Positions 87,301 through 103,053 of a DNA stretch of 124,000 nucleotides are shown here, one piece after another. Location of the stretch: the NCBI GenBank assembly GCA_951406725.2, contig OX597815.1:35484001-35608000 (forward strand). Direction: 5' to 3'. Within the stretch, counting starts at the first letter, position 1, and each line of letters begins with the position of its first letter. The notes below the pieces were generated by a model. It saw only the letters and a program-made list of their open reading frames with translations, did no database searches and was not told the origin of the DNA. The translations under genes and the position numbers were made by a program. This stretch comes from Octopus vulgaris. Taxonomy: Eukaryota.

Positions 87301-90300
87301 TCTTCGTTGACGCCCGACACCACTGGGAGGTGGCCCTCGAAGTCGCTGGAAATGGAGATTTCCAGGTCCAAATTCTTGGATGGTTGTTTACAGTGTTGAA
87401 CCATCAAGGTTAACAGAGCCATTAAGACTTTTGTCTTTAAAAGGAATATATACCTTCCTCAGAAATATAAATAGATATGATATGAAATGCAAAAGTCTTT
87501 TTGAGTTGATATATAAAATGTATTTATTGTTACAGATATGTATTGCTGCATCATGTGATGGGTCAGCTGGAAGGTGTGAAAGGTGCTTGGGGTTATGTCC
87601 AAGGTGGTATGGGTTCAGTCTCTCAGGCAATTGCTAATTGTGCCACAGACCAAGGTGCAGATATTTTCACAAACAAGGTATTGCTTTTTTATTATTCTTA
87701 ATCTTTGTTTGATTTTTACATTTAGTTCTTTCTCAGATGAATATTGTTACCTTCCAGTGTCAACTGCAGAAACATACCATGAATTTTCTGATCTTCCAAT
87801 AGATATTCCTATCTGTAGAAATATATGACACGATTACTGTGAGTTTAGGGTACTGCATTACTATTCACTAAGTCATAAACTGAAATGCATAAGTCAATTT
87901 GCCCCAGTTTGTATGACTGATAAGTAGTTCAAACCTTTTTGTGACTGTATTTTGAAAATAATTAAGAATTTGGATTGATTTAGTAAATTAACATTTTTAT
88001 TATTATAATTAAACTGGTTTTTGGAACATAGTTTAATAAATATTTCTTAATATAAAATTATGATAAAAAGTTTTAATTTAAATGTAAAGAGTTTAAAAAC
88101 AGAATCAGAGACAATCTCAAGCAGGTTGGCATCAACATGGTTAAATCCTGTTTCAAAGATGACAAGATAGTGATATGAAGGACAGTCAAGGTGACAATTT
88201 TTACTCTGTTAATAAACACTCCACTCTTTATAATATGCAGAATTAGAAGTAAATTATTAAAATATCAAATAATATCCACTAGTCAAATGGTCGTTTTATG
88301 GCTTGTATTGTTGATATAAGATGCTTAATCTCAGATGTGATAAAGGTGAACTAAAGAGTTCAACTTTATCAGTATGAATATCTACTGAATAAATTATCTC
88401 AAAATCTACCCAAATAACACATGTAATTATATTCTTCAATCTTATGACATAATGTGAGATTATACAGTATTATCTTTTCTTATGTTCATGTGTCAAAAGA
88501 TTTGTAAAATGTATATTATCAACACCACCTTTCTTAATTTCATTGCAATCTATTGGAAGTTAATATTTTCTCTGTTGACATCCATCTCAGTTAATTTTGC
88601 TTTTCTCCCAATTCTGGGCTTTCTTGAAGAAAAGCCCTTACATAACTGAGATGCAATCTCAACCCAAAATTTCATATCATCATAGTCCTTTGGTAATGGA
88701 GGTACCTAGTGGCTTTTTACATAAACAATATATGAATTAACAATAGCTAAATTCACAAAAAACCACAAAATGTACCTCCGCCATTTCTTTCCAGGCCATC
88801 CAACTGGGTAGTATGCCCAATACTGGTTGGAGTTGTCAATACTACCCATCAGCTTTGCCACAGTCAGATTGAATGAAACAAGTAAAAGAATATCTGTGCT
88901 ATAGCATGCATACCACCACATCAGCATTCTGAGCATACTTGAAATTGTTTTATTTTGTACTTATAGAAAATTTGAGGTACCCCACTGGGCTGTGTGTTGT
89001 GTTCTTGAGCCAAACACTTCATTTCACATTGCTCCAGTCCACTCGGCTGTAAATAAATAACCCTGTGACAGACTGGCATCCTGTGCAGGTGGAATGTTTT
89101 GATCTTGGTTATTCACAATGGGGTGCTGTAAAGTTCCTGGCTTCAAGGGCATTGGGAAAGGTCTGATTAGAAACCAAACCTTCTCAGTTTTTTTTACAGG
89201 GCTTAGAAAAACTGAAGGACTGCTGCAATAAATGTGCGAATCTGAGAGGGGAATATGTTGAATGAAGTTATAATTAACTGATCCGCCTATATTTTCTTTT
89301 ATCCAAAGCCAGGAACTTTTCAGGAGCCCCCTCATATATACCATAGAAACCAGGTAACTGGCTCTATGATTCCTGAGACTGGAGATACTAATGTCCAAGG
89401 GTTGAGGAGGAGGAATAGTCATAGGATACCTCAGAATAAAATAAGAGTAGAAAAATGGTTTAATTTTTATCCAATAAAAATATGGATTCAGTTACACTTT
89501 TCACAAATAACTTCAGTTTTTCTTTTATCACTTCAAGCTCCCAAACTATTTGCTAATAAAACAAAAGTATAACATTTATCCCTTTCAAGAATAATATATA
89601 ACTAAATTTATTTCATTATACATTTATATGTAACTAATATATAATATATATAATTTATAACTAAATTTATTTCATTATACATTCATTTGATTGGTTATAT
89701 TCACTTGCACTTATTCATTGACAAACCCCAATACTTCGTTTTTGGTTTTATTCATACAATTGCAGTAGCTAAGACAGCAGAGTACTAAATCGACTACTTC
89801 ATTGTAATGCATCTAGTTTTGTATTTCATAGATATCAATAGAGTAATAAACTATTCCATTTCAATTGACTCTAGCTTGACTTTGCACCTAATCAAAAGAA
89901 GTATTTATTCTCAGGTCAACCCACTGTTATCTCCCTTGTATTTTATTCCAGCCTGTCAGCACCATTCTGATAGAGAACAACAGAGCTAGAGGTGTTGTTC
90001 TAGAAGATGGTACTGAAGTAATTGCTCGAGCAGTATTGTCCAATGCCACTCCTAAAGTTACATTTTTGGATCTTCTTCCAAAAGTCAGTATTTTTTTAAT
90101 TAGTAAATTATTTGTATTTATTTGCCATTTCCTTTTCCTTAATGCATTTTCTCTTTTTTCTTGTTTAGAGTTATGGCATAATTAAACCAATTTTCAGAAA
90201 TCTGTCCTGCTTCAGACATAGTTTATTATGTTTGAGAAGGACATAAATGTACTTTAAGCACAGCATAGCAAGGTGTGTTCGGTGATGAGGCAGTAAAATG

Positions 90301-91014
90301 TGTTTTGATGCAAGTTATTACTTAAGTATGTGAGATACAGTGCTATAGCAAGATGTTTGATGTGATATAACAAGATGTTTGATGTGTTACAGCAAGATGT
90401 TTGATGTGATATAACAAGGTGGTTGATGTGATTTAGTAAGATGTGTTTGGGGTGAGGTACAATAAGTTCTAATGAAGGTGCTGTGCACTGGTTCTATACT
90501 AAATATTTGACCAAAATACAACTGTCAAGAATCCAGTCCATCTAGATGTAAATAGGTTTTAAAGAATAGTACAATTCCTTGTTGTAAGCAATAGGAGGAT
90601 TATATAGTTGAAACAGGTCTTCAAGACTGCAGTACACTGGCTAACTCTTCCTTCTCTGAGACTAATTCAGAGCCTGTGAAGTGAGAATCAGTGGAGGTTT
90701 TAGGAAGAAGAAAGATGAGTGAACTGTAAGATCTTCCCCATGACTTTCGGAAACATTTTTTCATGCTAAAAGTTGCTGAAGCATGGAACAAACTGCCGGT
90801 ATCAGTTGTTAGTTGTTGGAGCACTGCATCCTTCAAAACTTCCATGCTTCCTGAGATTTGCCAACACTACACCTGATTTTCTCCCTTCCATACACACGCA
90901 AGAATGTATCTGACTCATACACTGTTCACTTTCCAGACATTTGTACATTACTGCATACGCTTTATATGCACTTTTGACAAGTTGTGGTGCACCTGAGCAC
91001 TGTATACAATAATT

Positions 91015-91070
<56 letters not shown>

Positions 91071-94000
91071 GGGTATGGGGCATATAGTTCAGAAAAGAAG
91101 CCATTGTAATAGCAATAGAAGGAGAGCAGAAACCCTATTTGTGAGTAAGTTGTTGCTGCATGTAGGTGAGTGCATCATTGCCAATCAGTTTAATGATTGG
91201 CAATCTGTTGAATGTGAGCTAGTGTGTGTGTATGTGTACATATGTGTGAGTGCGTATATAGTAACATCCCATTTATGTAAATAGTACTCCACTTCATCTG
91301 GTAACTGTCAAGTAAATAATATATTTAACTCACAAGAGATCAATATAATCCTTTCTACAGTAGGCACAATGCCTGGAATTTGTAGGGAGTAGGATAGTCG
91401 ATCAGATTAACCCCAGTACTTGACTGGTTCTTAATTTATCTACCTCGAACAGACAAAAGGCAAAGTTGGCCTTGGCAGAATTTGAACCCAAAACGTAAAG
91501 CATTTTTCCCAGCATGCTAACAATTCTGCCTGTTTGCTGGTTTCAACAACAGATCAACATAATGTTGACAGAATTATCAACATTGTTTTCCAGTAGAGTT
91601 TAATAGCCATTACAAAGTAATTTCTGAAGAAAATTATAGAACATCATAGAGAATATGAATTAAGCTTCAGAGAACTTACTACACCAAATATAAATGAAAA
91701 GCTAAAAAGAGGCAAAATTATGACACCTTTGTGGTTTGATCTGAATGTTACTAATCAAAATCTTTCCTACTTTCCCAATCTATCTTTTCTAAAACTACAT
91801 TCCTCTTGAATTACTTCTTTGTCTATGTTTTTACTACAAACAAACCGAATATGCACAGTTTTCATAGGTCCTGCAAACATCATTATCACTGGTCATCTTC
91901 CTTCCACTATCTTATTTTTAGATGTTAGAAATCTAAAATTGGTTTACAGTAAAGGTAGATGAAGTAAAATTAGATGAAGTAGATGAAGTAAAATTAGATG
92001 AAGTCAAGTTTCTAATTTGCAATATTTCAGGGAACCTTATCCACTGACCTTACCAAAGAAATAGAAGTGATAGATTATACTTCACCAGTGACAAAGATCA
92101 ATGGTAAGAAAAAAATTGTGCTTTCTTTTATATTTATTTATTTATAATAAAAATTAGCTTTCTGCACATGTGTCTACAGGCAAGATGTTTTGAGGAAGAC
92201 TGGCAGTTTGTATGTGGCTGCTCATTTTGCTAGAAATGATAGCCAAATCTCCTCTAAACTTTTCCATACCATTTTTAAAATGACTGAATATACAGAATAA
92301 TATAATTCTGAATATAACATGTAAGAAAAAAAACCAGGCTTGGGCCAAATATTCAGCACCCTTGGCCCAGCCCTACCAATTACATGACCTTCTTCCAGTC
92401 CAACAAAGTGTAACCTGCTTTTCCCAATCCCACAATAAATCTCCAATTTTTCCCCTGAACATCCTTCTGCTATCTCTTCCTTAGAAAATACAGTCAGAAA
92501 ATTAATTAATTACAAACAAATAATCAAGTAAATTTTTACTTGAAATATTTCATGTTGAATCATGTGGCAGGTCATAACACTACATAGACCTCTCACCCTG
92601 CCTTGCCACTTACCCATGTCCTTTCTTCTTTGTTCCAAGAATGACCTCACTTCCTTTCATTCATGTTTCAAACTGTATTAAGAAATTTTGAGTAGGTTAC
92701 TTGATGTGGGAGGACCCTGATTTTAATGCCTGAGGCAATCAACCAGTTTATCTAATGCATAACACTTGCAACAGTTCCCTATTAATGACAGGAATGTAAC
92801 AGTCTCTCTCAATCTTTTGATTACCCATCATCATCATCATCATTTAATGTCCACTTTCCATGCTAGCATGGGTTGGACAAGTTGACTGAGGTCTGGCGAA
92901 CCAGATGGCTGCACCAGACTCCAATCTGATCTGGCAGAGTTTCTACAGCTGGATGCCCTTCCTAATGCTAACCACTCTGAGAGTGTAGTGGGTGCTTTTA
93001 CGTGCCACTGGCACGAGGGCCAGTCAGGCGGTACTGGCAGCGACCATGCTCAAATGGTGCTTTTTATGTCCCATATTTAACAATGTAAATTATATTGAGG
93101 TTTAGCAGTGTAACAACAAAGCAATCAAATAAAATTAAAGCTTTGAAAAGCTAACTTATTTGAGAGGAGTGGTAGTGGATCTGATGTTTAGAAATAAAGT
93201 CAAATAATTGAATAAATAATTTATTTAAAGTCATAAAAATTGCTAATTGAGATTTTTCTTTTTTCCTTCCAAATACCAACATGTTATTTTAGTCGCTGTG
93301 AAAGAGCTGCCCAACTTTACTGCTGATCCAAACACCAAGAAGAACACACCAATGCCACATCACCAGTGTACCATCCATTTAAACTGCGAACACACTGATT
93401 TAATTCATCAAGCTTATCTCGATGCACAAAATGGGTATCCTTCACGCAAGTAATAGAGAATTTCAACTTTTGAGCCTTTGTTGCTTAGTTCTTACTATCT
93501 TATACTTATTTTAGTCATTGAACTGTGGCTATGCTGGAGCACTGCCTTGAATGATTTAGTCAAACAAATCGACCCCAATACTTATTCTATCAGTTTGTCA
93601 AACTGCTAAGTTATGGGGACATAAACACCCCAACACCTGTTATCAGGAGATGTGGAGGCAAATACAAATGCAAGACACACACACATATATTTACATATAC
93701 AACATATTTCCATTGTTTCCCTCAACTAAATTCACTCACAGACATTGGTCAGCCTGAGGTTAAAGTAGAAGACACTTGTCCAAGGTGCCACACAGTAGGA
93801 CTGAACCTGAAACTACATGGTTGAGGAGCTAGCTTCTTAACCACAAAACCATGTCTGCACCTAGCTGTTGTCATTGCTGTTGTTATTATATATGATATTT
93901 TAAGTTAACAGTTATATACTATTGTTTGTTAATATTATATCAGTATCATCATCATATCTCATTCTTTCTCCTAATCATCATCATACTACAGTCCTCATTA

Positions 94001-97000
94001 GCATCGTTATTTTCCTTACCATGATCACTGCCATCATCATTATCATCATTGTTCTCGTCACTAAAAGTATTAACAACTTGATAGAATTTTTAGATCATCA
94101 GACAAAATGACTTACAGCCCTCTCCTTTTTAAGTTCAAATCTCACAGAGGTCATCTGTCTTTCTTCCTTCAAAAATAGAATTTCCTTCATTAAAATAGAA
94201 TACCAGTAAAGTACTAATATCAATTTAATTAACTGGCTCCTCCACCTCTTCCTCCACTAAATTTGTGACATAGTGTTTATGTTAGTAAATAGCTGGCCCT
94301 GTGCTGTCAAAAATGAAGCTAATTGTAGTGTTTTATATATAAACTAGCAGAGATACCTGACATTACTTAGGATTAAAATGGATTAGTCTTTTATTGTTTT
94401 ACTTGTTTCAATCATGTGACTGTGGTCATGTTGGAACACTGTCTTTAGTCAAACAAATCAACGCCAAGATTTATTTCTAAGCCTAGTACTTATTCAATCA
94501 GTGTCTTTTACAGAACTGCTAAGTTATGGGCATGTAAACACAGCAACATTGGTTGTCAGACGATGGTGTTGCATACAGACACACAAACATACACACACAA
94601 ATATACACATACATACAACAAGCTTTCAATTTCCGTATACAAAATTCACACAAGGCTTTGGTAAACCTGACATGCGTAATCTTGCAAAGAATGAAGCCAG
94701 TATGCTCCGATGGATGTGTAATGTCAGTGTGCATACTCAACAGATTGTAAGTACCTTGAGAGAAAAGTTAGACCTAAGAAGCATCAGATGTGGTGTGCAA
94801 GAGAGACAACTGCACTGGTATGGCCGTGTGACAAGAATGGATGTGGATAGCTGTGGGAAAAGTGCCACACCCTAGCGGTTGAGGGTACCTGTGGAAGAGG
94901 TAGACCCAGGAAGACCTGGGATGAGGTAGTGAAGCATGACCGAACATTGGGCCTCACTGAGGCAATGACTAGTGACCGGGACCTTTGGAAATATGCTGTG
95001 CTTGAGAAGACCCGGAAAGCCAAATGAGACCATAACCTCATGACCTATGCCAGGGGTGTAACCAGACCACTTATGCACACCTTTCCTTCATTGGGCACTA
95101 AAGTCTGCTTGCGAAGACCTGTTGAGGCAATCAAAATCGAAATCAAATTTGATGACTGGCATCCGTGCTAGTGGAGCACTAAGAGCACCATCCAAGTGTG
95201 ATTGTTGCCAGAGTGGCTAACTGGCTTCCATGCTGGTGGCATGTAAAAGCACCATTCAAGCGTGATCGTTACCAGTGACAAAAAAACAGTCCTCTATACT
95301 CTACCAACATGCCAAAGACCGCCATAGAGGCAACTTGGGTCAACTTGACATCCACATCTTATCCAAGCACACACATAGCAGTAGTAATAGAAAAACAAAT
95401 TTTAAGAGAAAATCCTGTATACGATACCAAACTAAAGAGATTTAACAAATAATTAGGTAATCTGCAGTAACAAGATCAAATTCTTCTGACATTTAAAAAT
95501 GACTGCAGTTGATGGCTTATAAAATGCATGAGCTTGTTTTAGCAGCCTTTTCTTGAACCACCCATAAACTAAACCCTGACTGTATGTTTATAAGATAAAG
95601 ACTGATTTTCTCGGACATTTTTAGGTAAAATGTTTGCCTTATAAGCCATCATCACCATCATTTTCTTGTCCACTTTTCCGCACCTGCATGGGTCAGATGG
95701 AATTCTTTGAGGCAGGTTTTCTCTGGCCGGATGCCCTTCCTATAAGGAACCTCCACCTGTTTCCAGGTAAGGTAATATGTGGCAGGACCATGCTTTTATG
95801 GAAGACCAGAAACAAAGGACCTTGTTTGTATGACAGTGACATATGTTTACAACTATCCCATGATGCCAAGACAAGTACACACAGACAGACAGACACACAC
95901 ACACATACATATATATGGTGAATGAGCAAAAACAAAAAAAAACTAACACAAGAGGAGCAAGTTTCAACAAAGGTGTTATTAGTTTGTGTATATACACAAT
96001 GATCTTCAGTCTCCGTCCACCAAATCCATTTACAAGACATTGGTCAGCCAAGGGCTATAGTAGAAGACTTGTTGAGGATGCCATACAGTGGGACTGAACT
96101 CAAAACCATGTGGTTGGGAAGTAAACTTCTTCACACAGCCATCAAATATAATAATTTTACCTGATATTCTACTGATCTCATATATATATATATATATATA
96201 GTGGAGGCGCAATGGCCCAGTGGCTAGGGCAGCGGACTCGCGGTCATAGGACCGCGGTTTCGATTCCCAGACCGGGCGTTGTGAGTGTTTATTGAGCGAA
96301 AACACCTGAAGCTCCACGAGGCTCCGGCAGGGGATGGTGGTGATCCCTGCTGTACTCTTTCACCACAACTTTCTCTCACTCTTACTTCCTGTTTCTGTTG
96401 TACCTGTATTTCAAAGGGCCGGCCTTGTCACTCTCTGTGTCACGCTGAATATCCCCGAGAACTACGTTAAGGGTACACGTGTCTGTGGAGTGCTCAGCCA
96501 CTTACACGTTAATTTCACAAGCAGGCTGTTCCGTTGATTCGGATCAACCAGAACCCTCATCGTCGTAACCGACGGAGTGCTTCCCAGTATATATATATAC
96601 ATACATATATACATATATAATTTTTGATTTTATAAGCCTTTTCTTTTTCGTTTCTTCTTTTTTATTTTTTGAAAGGCCAGTCATTGAAATGGTGATTCCA
96701 TCCAGTGTTGATTCAACTATTTCTCCCCCTGGCTCTCATGTTGTCTTACTCTTTACCCAGTACACACCATACACTCTAAAGAATGGACTCTTTTGGGATG
96801 AAGAAGCCAGAAAGAACTATGCAGACATAGGTAAGCTTATCATTTGATTTATTATCATACGAGATGCCAATATTAAGTTAATCATTCTGCAGGCATGTCT
96901 TTGCAGCTAAAAAAAATTGCTTTACATCCAAATAGCTTTGAGTACAATCCTTCTGTGTAGTACCTTGAACAAGTGTCTTCCACTCCAGCCTCAGATCAAC

Positions 97001-98199
97001 CAAATCTTCATAAGTGAAACTTGGTAGCTTGAAACTGACTGGGAGTCTGTTAGAGAGACCATTTTTGTTATTGGATAGTAGAATTTAATCTATCTCTCAA
97101 GTTTAATACCACAATCTGATACTTGAGTTATTTGTGGAACCCACTCTGTTGCAAGCCTCCAGACAAGTTCTCTGATCTGTGGATCAATTCTTCTTTTCCT
97201 CCAATCAGTCTCAGATATTCTGAGAAGAACCATGGTTGATTCCTTTCTTCTTCTGACCAAGCTATTTTTTTGACAATATACCATGCTTGAGGAGACTCGT
97301 CAAGCCTTGTGAAATCATAATTGTGGCCAATACTGGTGTCACATAACTGGCATCTGTGCCAGTGGCACATATAAGCACCCATACCATTGGCACATAAAAA
97401 GCACCCGTCACACTCTTGGAGTGGTTGGCATTAGGAAGGGCATCTAACCATACACACCATGCCACTTGGTGCATCTTTCCAGTTTACCAGTTCCAGTCAA
97501 ACCGTCTAACCCATGCCAGCATGGAAAACGGGTGTTAAATGATGATGATGATGATGGTGATGGTGATGATGATGATGATGATGATGATGTCAGCAACAAA
97601 ACTCGAGATCCTCTGATATTAAGAGAACACGAGATAAAGCTCCCTTGGACAGGATGTTTGGCTATCACAGGTAATTTACTCCCTATCTTACTAAAGCCTG
97701 TCCTGTACTTATCTCTGGGTGAGGTAGGCTGAGGCAATGCAAAATTAAATGTCTTGCCTTAGTGCACATCAAAAATCCGAGTGTGATCATTGCCAGAGCA
97801 GCTAACTGGCTTCTGTGCTGGTGGCACGTAAAAAGTACCATTTGAGCGTGATCGTTACCAGTGTTGCATTACTGGCACTTGTGAAAAAACATTTGAGTGA
97901 GGTTGTTGCCAGTGCCGCTGGACTGGCTCCTGTGCAGGTGGCACATAAAAAACACCACTTGAGCGTGGCCGTCGCCAGTACCGCCTGACTGGTCCTCGTG
98001 CCAGTGGCACGTAAAAGCACCCACTACACTCTCGGAGTGGTTGGTGTTAGGAAGGGCATCCAGTTGTAGAAACTCTGCCAGATCAGATTGGTGCCTGGTG
98101 CAACCATCTGGTTCGCCAGACCTCAGTTAAATTGTCCAACCCATGCTAGCATGGAAAGCGGACGTTTAACGATGATGATGATGATGATGATGATGATAA

Positions 98200-98233
<34 letters not shown>

Positions 98234-101200
98234 CAGTAGAACCTCACAGTACGAATGTAGCATTGTATGAGTAATTTGCTGTACGAGCCAAGAAACGTGC
98301 CAATTTTTGTCTTGAAGTATGAGCGGAAATCCACAGTACAAGCACACAAATCGTCTCATCTTTAAGGTACATCAGTTAATAAAACCAGTTTACACATTTC
98401 TTTTGCATTCTCTTTTTTATAATTTCACTTTATTTGTAACTACTACACCTTTATTTTTAAATCCATAAAAAATTATTTTTCAATGGTTTTGCGGGGCTGG
98501 AACTGATTAATTATATTTTAGTTAATTTCAATGGGAAATATTGATTTATAAAATAAGTAAATTGTAAGACGAGCTCGGTCATGGAACGAATTAAACTTCT
98601 ACTGCAAGGTTTCACTGTATATATAATATATATCTCTTTTCTTTTACTTATTTCAATCATTAGACTGGCCATGCAGGGGCCATGCCTTGAAGAATTTTTA
98701 GTTGAATGTATTGACCCCCAACTACTTGCTTCTTATAAGCCTGGTACTTGTTCTACTGATCTATTTTGCTGAACTGCCAAGTTATAGGGACATAAGCACA
98801 CCATCACCGGTTGTCAAGCAGTGGGAACAGACACAAAGACACACACACATATACAAAGGGCTTCTTTTGGTTTCTGTCTACCAAATCCACTCACAAGACT
98901 TTGGTCAGCCCAAGGCTGTAGTAGAAGATGCTTACCCAGGGTGATACACAATGGGACTGAACCTGGAACCATGTGGATGGGAAGCAAGCTTCTTACCACT
99001 CAGCCACGCCTGAACCTATATATATATGAGTGTGTGTAAAGTACAATCTAAGGAAGCGAGGGAGAGTGGGCATCAGTAGTAATTGATTAAAAGGATTTCA
99101 AAGGATATCAATAAATACCATTGGCAAGAGGAGTAGAATGAAAAAAATCAACCATTTCCAGCTCTTGCTCATCAATGGAGAATAGAGAAAGATGAAGGTG
99201 TTGTAGGCCTGTTCTGTGTGGAGTAAAGTAGGAGAGGAAACTGAATTTATCGATATTCCACATGCTCTCCTCTAAATACAAGGTTGAATTATTTCACATA
99301 AAACCCTAATAACAAAAAAAAAAGGTTTGGAGGGATTGCTATATATTATGTAATTCATAACAAACTATTGGATAACACTGATGTGGTTGTTTAAGCCAGT
99401 AAAATATATCAATCAGAAGTAATCAATACAGCAGAGAAAGAGCTTCATAAAGAAACAACTGAAAGAAGAAAGCCTCAAGATTTATTGTCAATAGAAACCT
99501 CAACTCAATGGATGGGGAAAATGAATGATTGATATAGTGGGTGGTGGTAGTGGTGGTGGCAGCAGTGGTTGTGGTGGGCGGAAGAGGAGGAGGAGGTTGA
99601 GTGAGTGGTGGTGATCATATTGTTTAGATTAAGTTTAGCCTTGATTTAGGAAATCTTTGATCAAAAGGCATTCCAGCTTTGACCACCACTCTGCCTTGTT
99701 TTCGGAAATAGTGTATCTTGGAGTACATTGTCTGATGTATACTTTCTTTTTCAAGATGGTAAGATGTAGCTGCTATTTCTGGGAGACCAAATGACCCTTT
99801 AAAAGCTACCTTGTATTGGTGAATATGATGGTGGTGTTGGTGATGTTGCTGCTGCTGATGATGATGATGAATGAATGAATGAATATTCACTGTACTCAGT
99901 TACTTCACTCCTTATTCCAAAAGTAATGTTGCACAAGAGAGTAAAAACAATATATGCCTAAGCCAATGAGGAGGCCTCTACAAAGTCACTCAGTCTGCTA
100001 GAAATAGCAGCTAAATTCCTCTTTTATCTGATCCTACTATCTTTAAAAAAATGAAGTGGGGAATGATGCCAGCTAGATAATCTTTTATCATAATTCTCTT
100101 CAACCAGGTTTTATCTAGGTTAACCTGTAGAAGCTATCACATTAATGCAAATTTAAGAGATTAATATTCTGTGTTGATAAAATATCATGCCATATAAAAC
100201 CTTGACTATAATTGTTTCTTATAAAGGCATAGAGTCTAAAACAGATTAAAGAGGAGATATGCTAAATTTTGATGACCTGGCATAGCAGTATCAGCTATAT
100301 TTGATGTAATGTCATTCAGCATTTTTGTAACACTACAGCAGTGAGATACCACTGTTGGGAAACATGCAACTATATATAATATTTTTTGTGTGTTACATCA
100401 ATTGTTTATTTCCAGCACTAAATAATACTAAACAGTGCTAAAAATCACAGACAGGATGGAGGTAGCATTGTTTGGACTCTTCACTATATGCACACACTTT
100501 AGTATATAATATGTGTGTGTATATATATATATATATCATCATCATCATCATTGTCATTTTTAAGTCTGCTTTCCATGCTAGCATGGGTTGGACAGTTTGA
100601 ATGAGGACTGGTAAACCAGAAGGCTGCAGCAGGCTCCAATCTGATCTGGCAAAGTTTCAACAGCTGGATGCCCTTCCTAACACTAACCACTCCGAGAGTG
100701 TAGTGGGTGCTTTTACATGCCACTGGCATGAGGGCCTATCAGGCGGTTCTGGCAACCACCATGCTCAAAAGGTGTTTTTTACGTGCTACCTGCATGGGAG
100801 CCAGTCTGGCAGCACTGGCAATGACCACACTCAAATGTTTGTTTTTCACGTGCCATCAGCACATGTGCCAGTAAGGCAATGCTGGCAACGACCACGGTCG
100901 AATGGTGCTTTTTACATGCCACCAGCACAGGAGCCAATCCATGGCCCTGGCAACGATCACGCTCGGATGCGCCTTTAATGTTCCACTGGCATGAGTGCCA
101001 ATCAAGCAGTACTGTCATCAGCCACGTCAGCGATTTTGATTTGATTTCACTTGCCTCAATTGGTCTTTGCAAGCAGAGTTTATTGTTCAGTGAATGAGGG
101101 GTACTCATAAGTGGGCTGGTTACATATATTATGCCATTAAGCTGGGTGTGTAAGTTGAGAGAGATGAGATGAGGAAAGTGGCAAGCTTTTGCAAGAGTTA

Positions 101201-102172
101201 ACTATGTGAAGTGAAGTAGTTCCACTTTATTACCAATTCCCACTTTCTTGAATTTATGGAAGCCTAACAGCAACCACCATGCTTATCTAAAATATTTAGT
101301 ACCACACAATTTATACTCCGAAATATCAACTTCATATTTTGTTGCATACAAGGCACAGGCATGGCTGTGTGAGTAAGATATTTGCTTGCAGCCAAATCGT
101401 TTCAGGTTCACCCACAATATGCAGCACACTGGACAAGTGTTTTTGATTATACCAAGTGAATTTGAGACAAAAACTGAAAGAAGCCTGTCGTATGTGTATG
101501 TGTGTGATCATCACCATCATCATTTAGCATCTGCTTTTCGTGCTGGCATGGATTAAACAGTTTGACTAAAACTATTATGCTGGAAGCTGCACCGGGTTCC
101601 AATCTAATTTGGCATGGCTTCTACAACTGGATGCCCATCCTAACGATAGAGAGAATAGTGATGGTGATGATGATGGCAGAAATGCTAGTAAGGAAAATTA
101701 TTTTTAACATAAACATGTCACAAATTTAAATAGCGACTAGCCACCTTAATAATAATAATAATCATCATCATCGTTTAACGTCCGCTTTATATATATATAG
101801 CTATGTAGTTCAGAAGTTTACTTCCCAACCATGTGGTTTTGGGTTCAGTCCCAACATGGCACCTTGAGCAGGTGACTTCTACAATAGCACCTGAACAACC
101901 AAAACCTTGTGAGTGGATTTGGTTGATGGAAACTGCAAGAAAAGCTCATTGGATATAAATAAATGTGTGTGTGTGTGTGGAGGGGTGTATGTATACTTGC
102001 ATGTGTGTGTTTGTCACTCCTTGTCTTGACACCAATGGATAGATATAGCAAGTATTGCTGCCATACAAGTAGAGTCTTTAATAAAACATGTCAGGTAATG
102101 GAGAAATAATACCTTGTGGCAACAAAAAGTGCATCAAGGCATAGAAAATCTACCTCAATAAATCCCATCAGA

Positions 102173-102211
<39 letters not shown>

Positions 102212-102759
102212 TCCGGTCGAACCGTCCAACCCGTGCTAGCGCGGAAAACGGACGTTAAACGATGATGATGATGATATATATATGTGGAGGCGCAATGGCC
102301 CAGTGGTTAGGGCAGCGGACTCGCGGTCGTAGGATCACGGTTTCGATTCCCAGACTGGGCGTTGTGTGCGTTTATTGAGTGAAAACACCTAAAAGTTCCA
102401 CGAAGCTCCAGCAGGGGGTGGTGGCAATCCCTGCTGTACTCTTTCACTCTTTCTTCTGTTGACCTGCTCGCTTAGCCAGCAGGCAGGCATGTATGTATGT
102501 GTGCATTTATGTCTTCCCAAAGTCAATGTTCATACAAACAGTGTCATTTGTTTGCAACCTTCCATGGAAATATATCCAGCCATTGAGTTGTTCATTGTTT
102601 GATTGCTTGAAGGACTCAGGGGAAATATCACCTTGCTTGTAAACAGGCAAGGGATGGTGACAGGTAGGGTGTGCAATCATAGAAATTTTGCTTCATATGT
102701 CTGACCCATGTAAGCGTAAAAAAGTGGATACTGAAATGATGATGATGACTAGAAGGAGG

Positions 102760-102816
<57 letters not shown>

Positions 102817-103011
102817 TTTTGTATGTATGTATTTTCCAGTGTTTAATGATATTGAAAACTATGCCCCTGGATTTAAATCAAGCATCATTGGATATGACCT
102901 ACTGGCTCCACCAGACCTTGAAAGTACTTTTGGACTTACAGGAGGGGTGAGTTTTATTTACTATGTTTGTAGAAACTAAATCAAATCTACTAATCTCTAG
103001 CACAACCTTGT

Positions 103012-103053
<42 letters not shown>

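Noticed and set aside
96201-96280. tRNA-Arg-like gene (also 28639, 34918, 102285, 119277)
   Set aside because: A and B boxes are present but there is no acceptor stem closure; each continues into a SINE body
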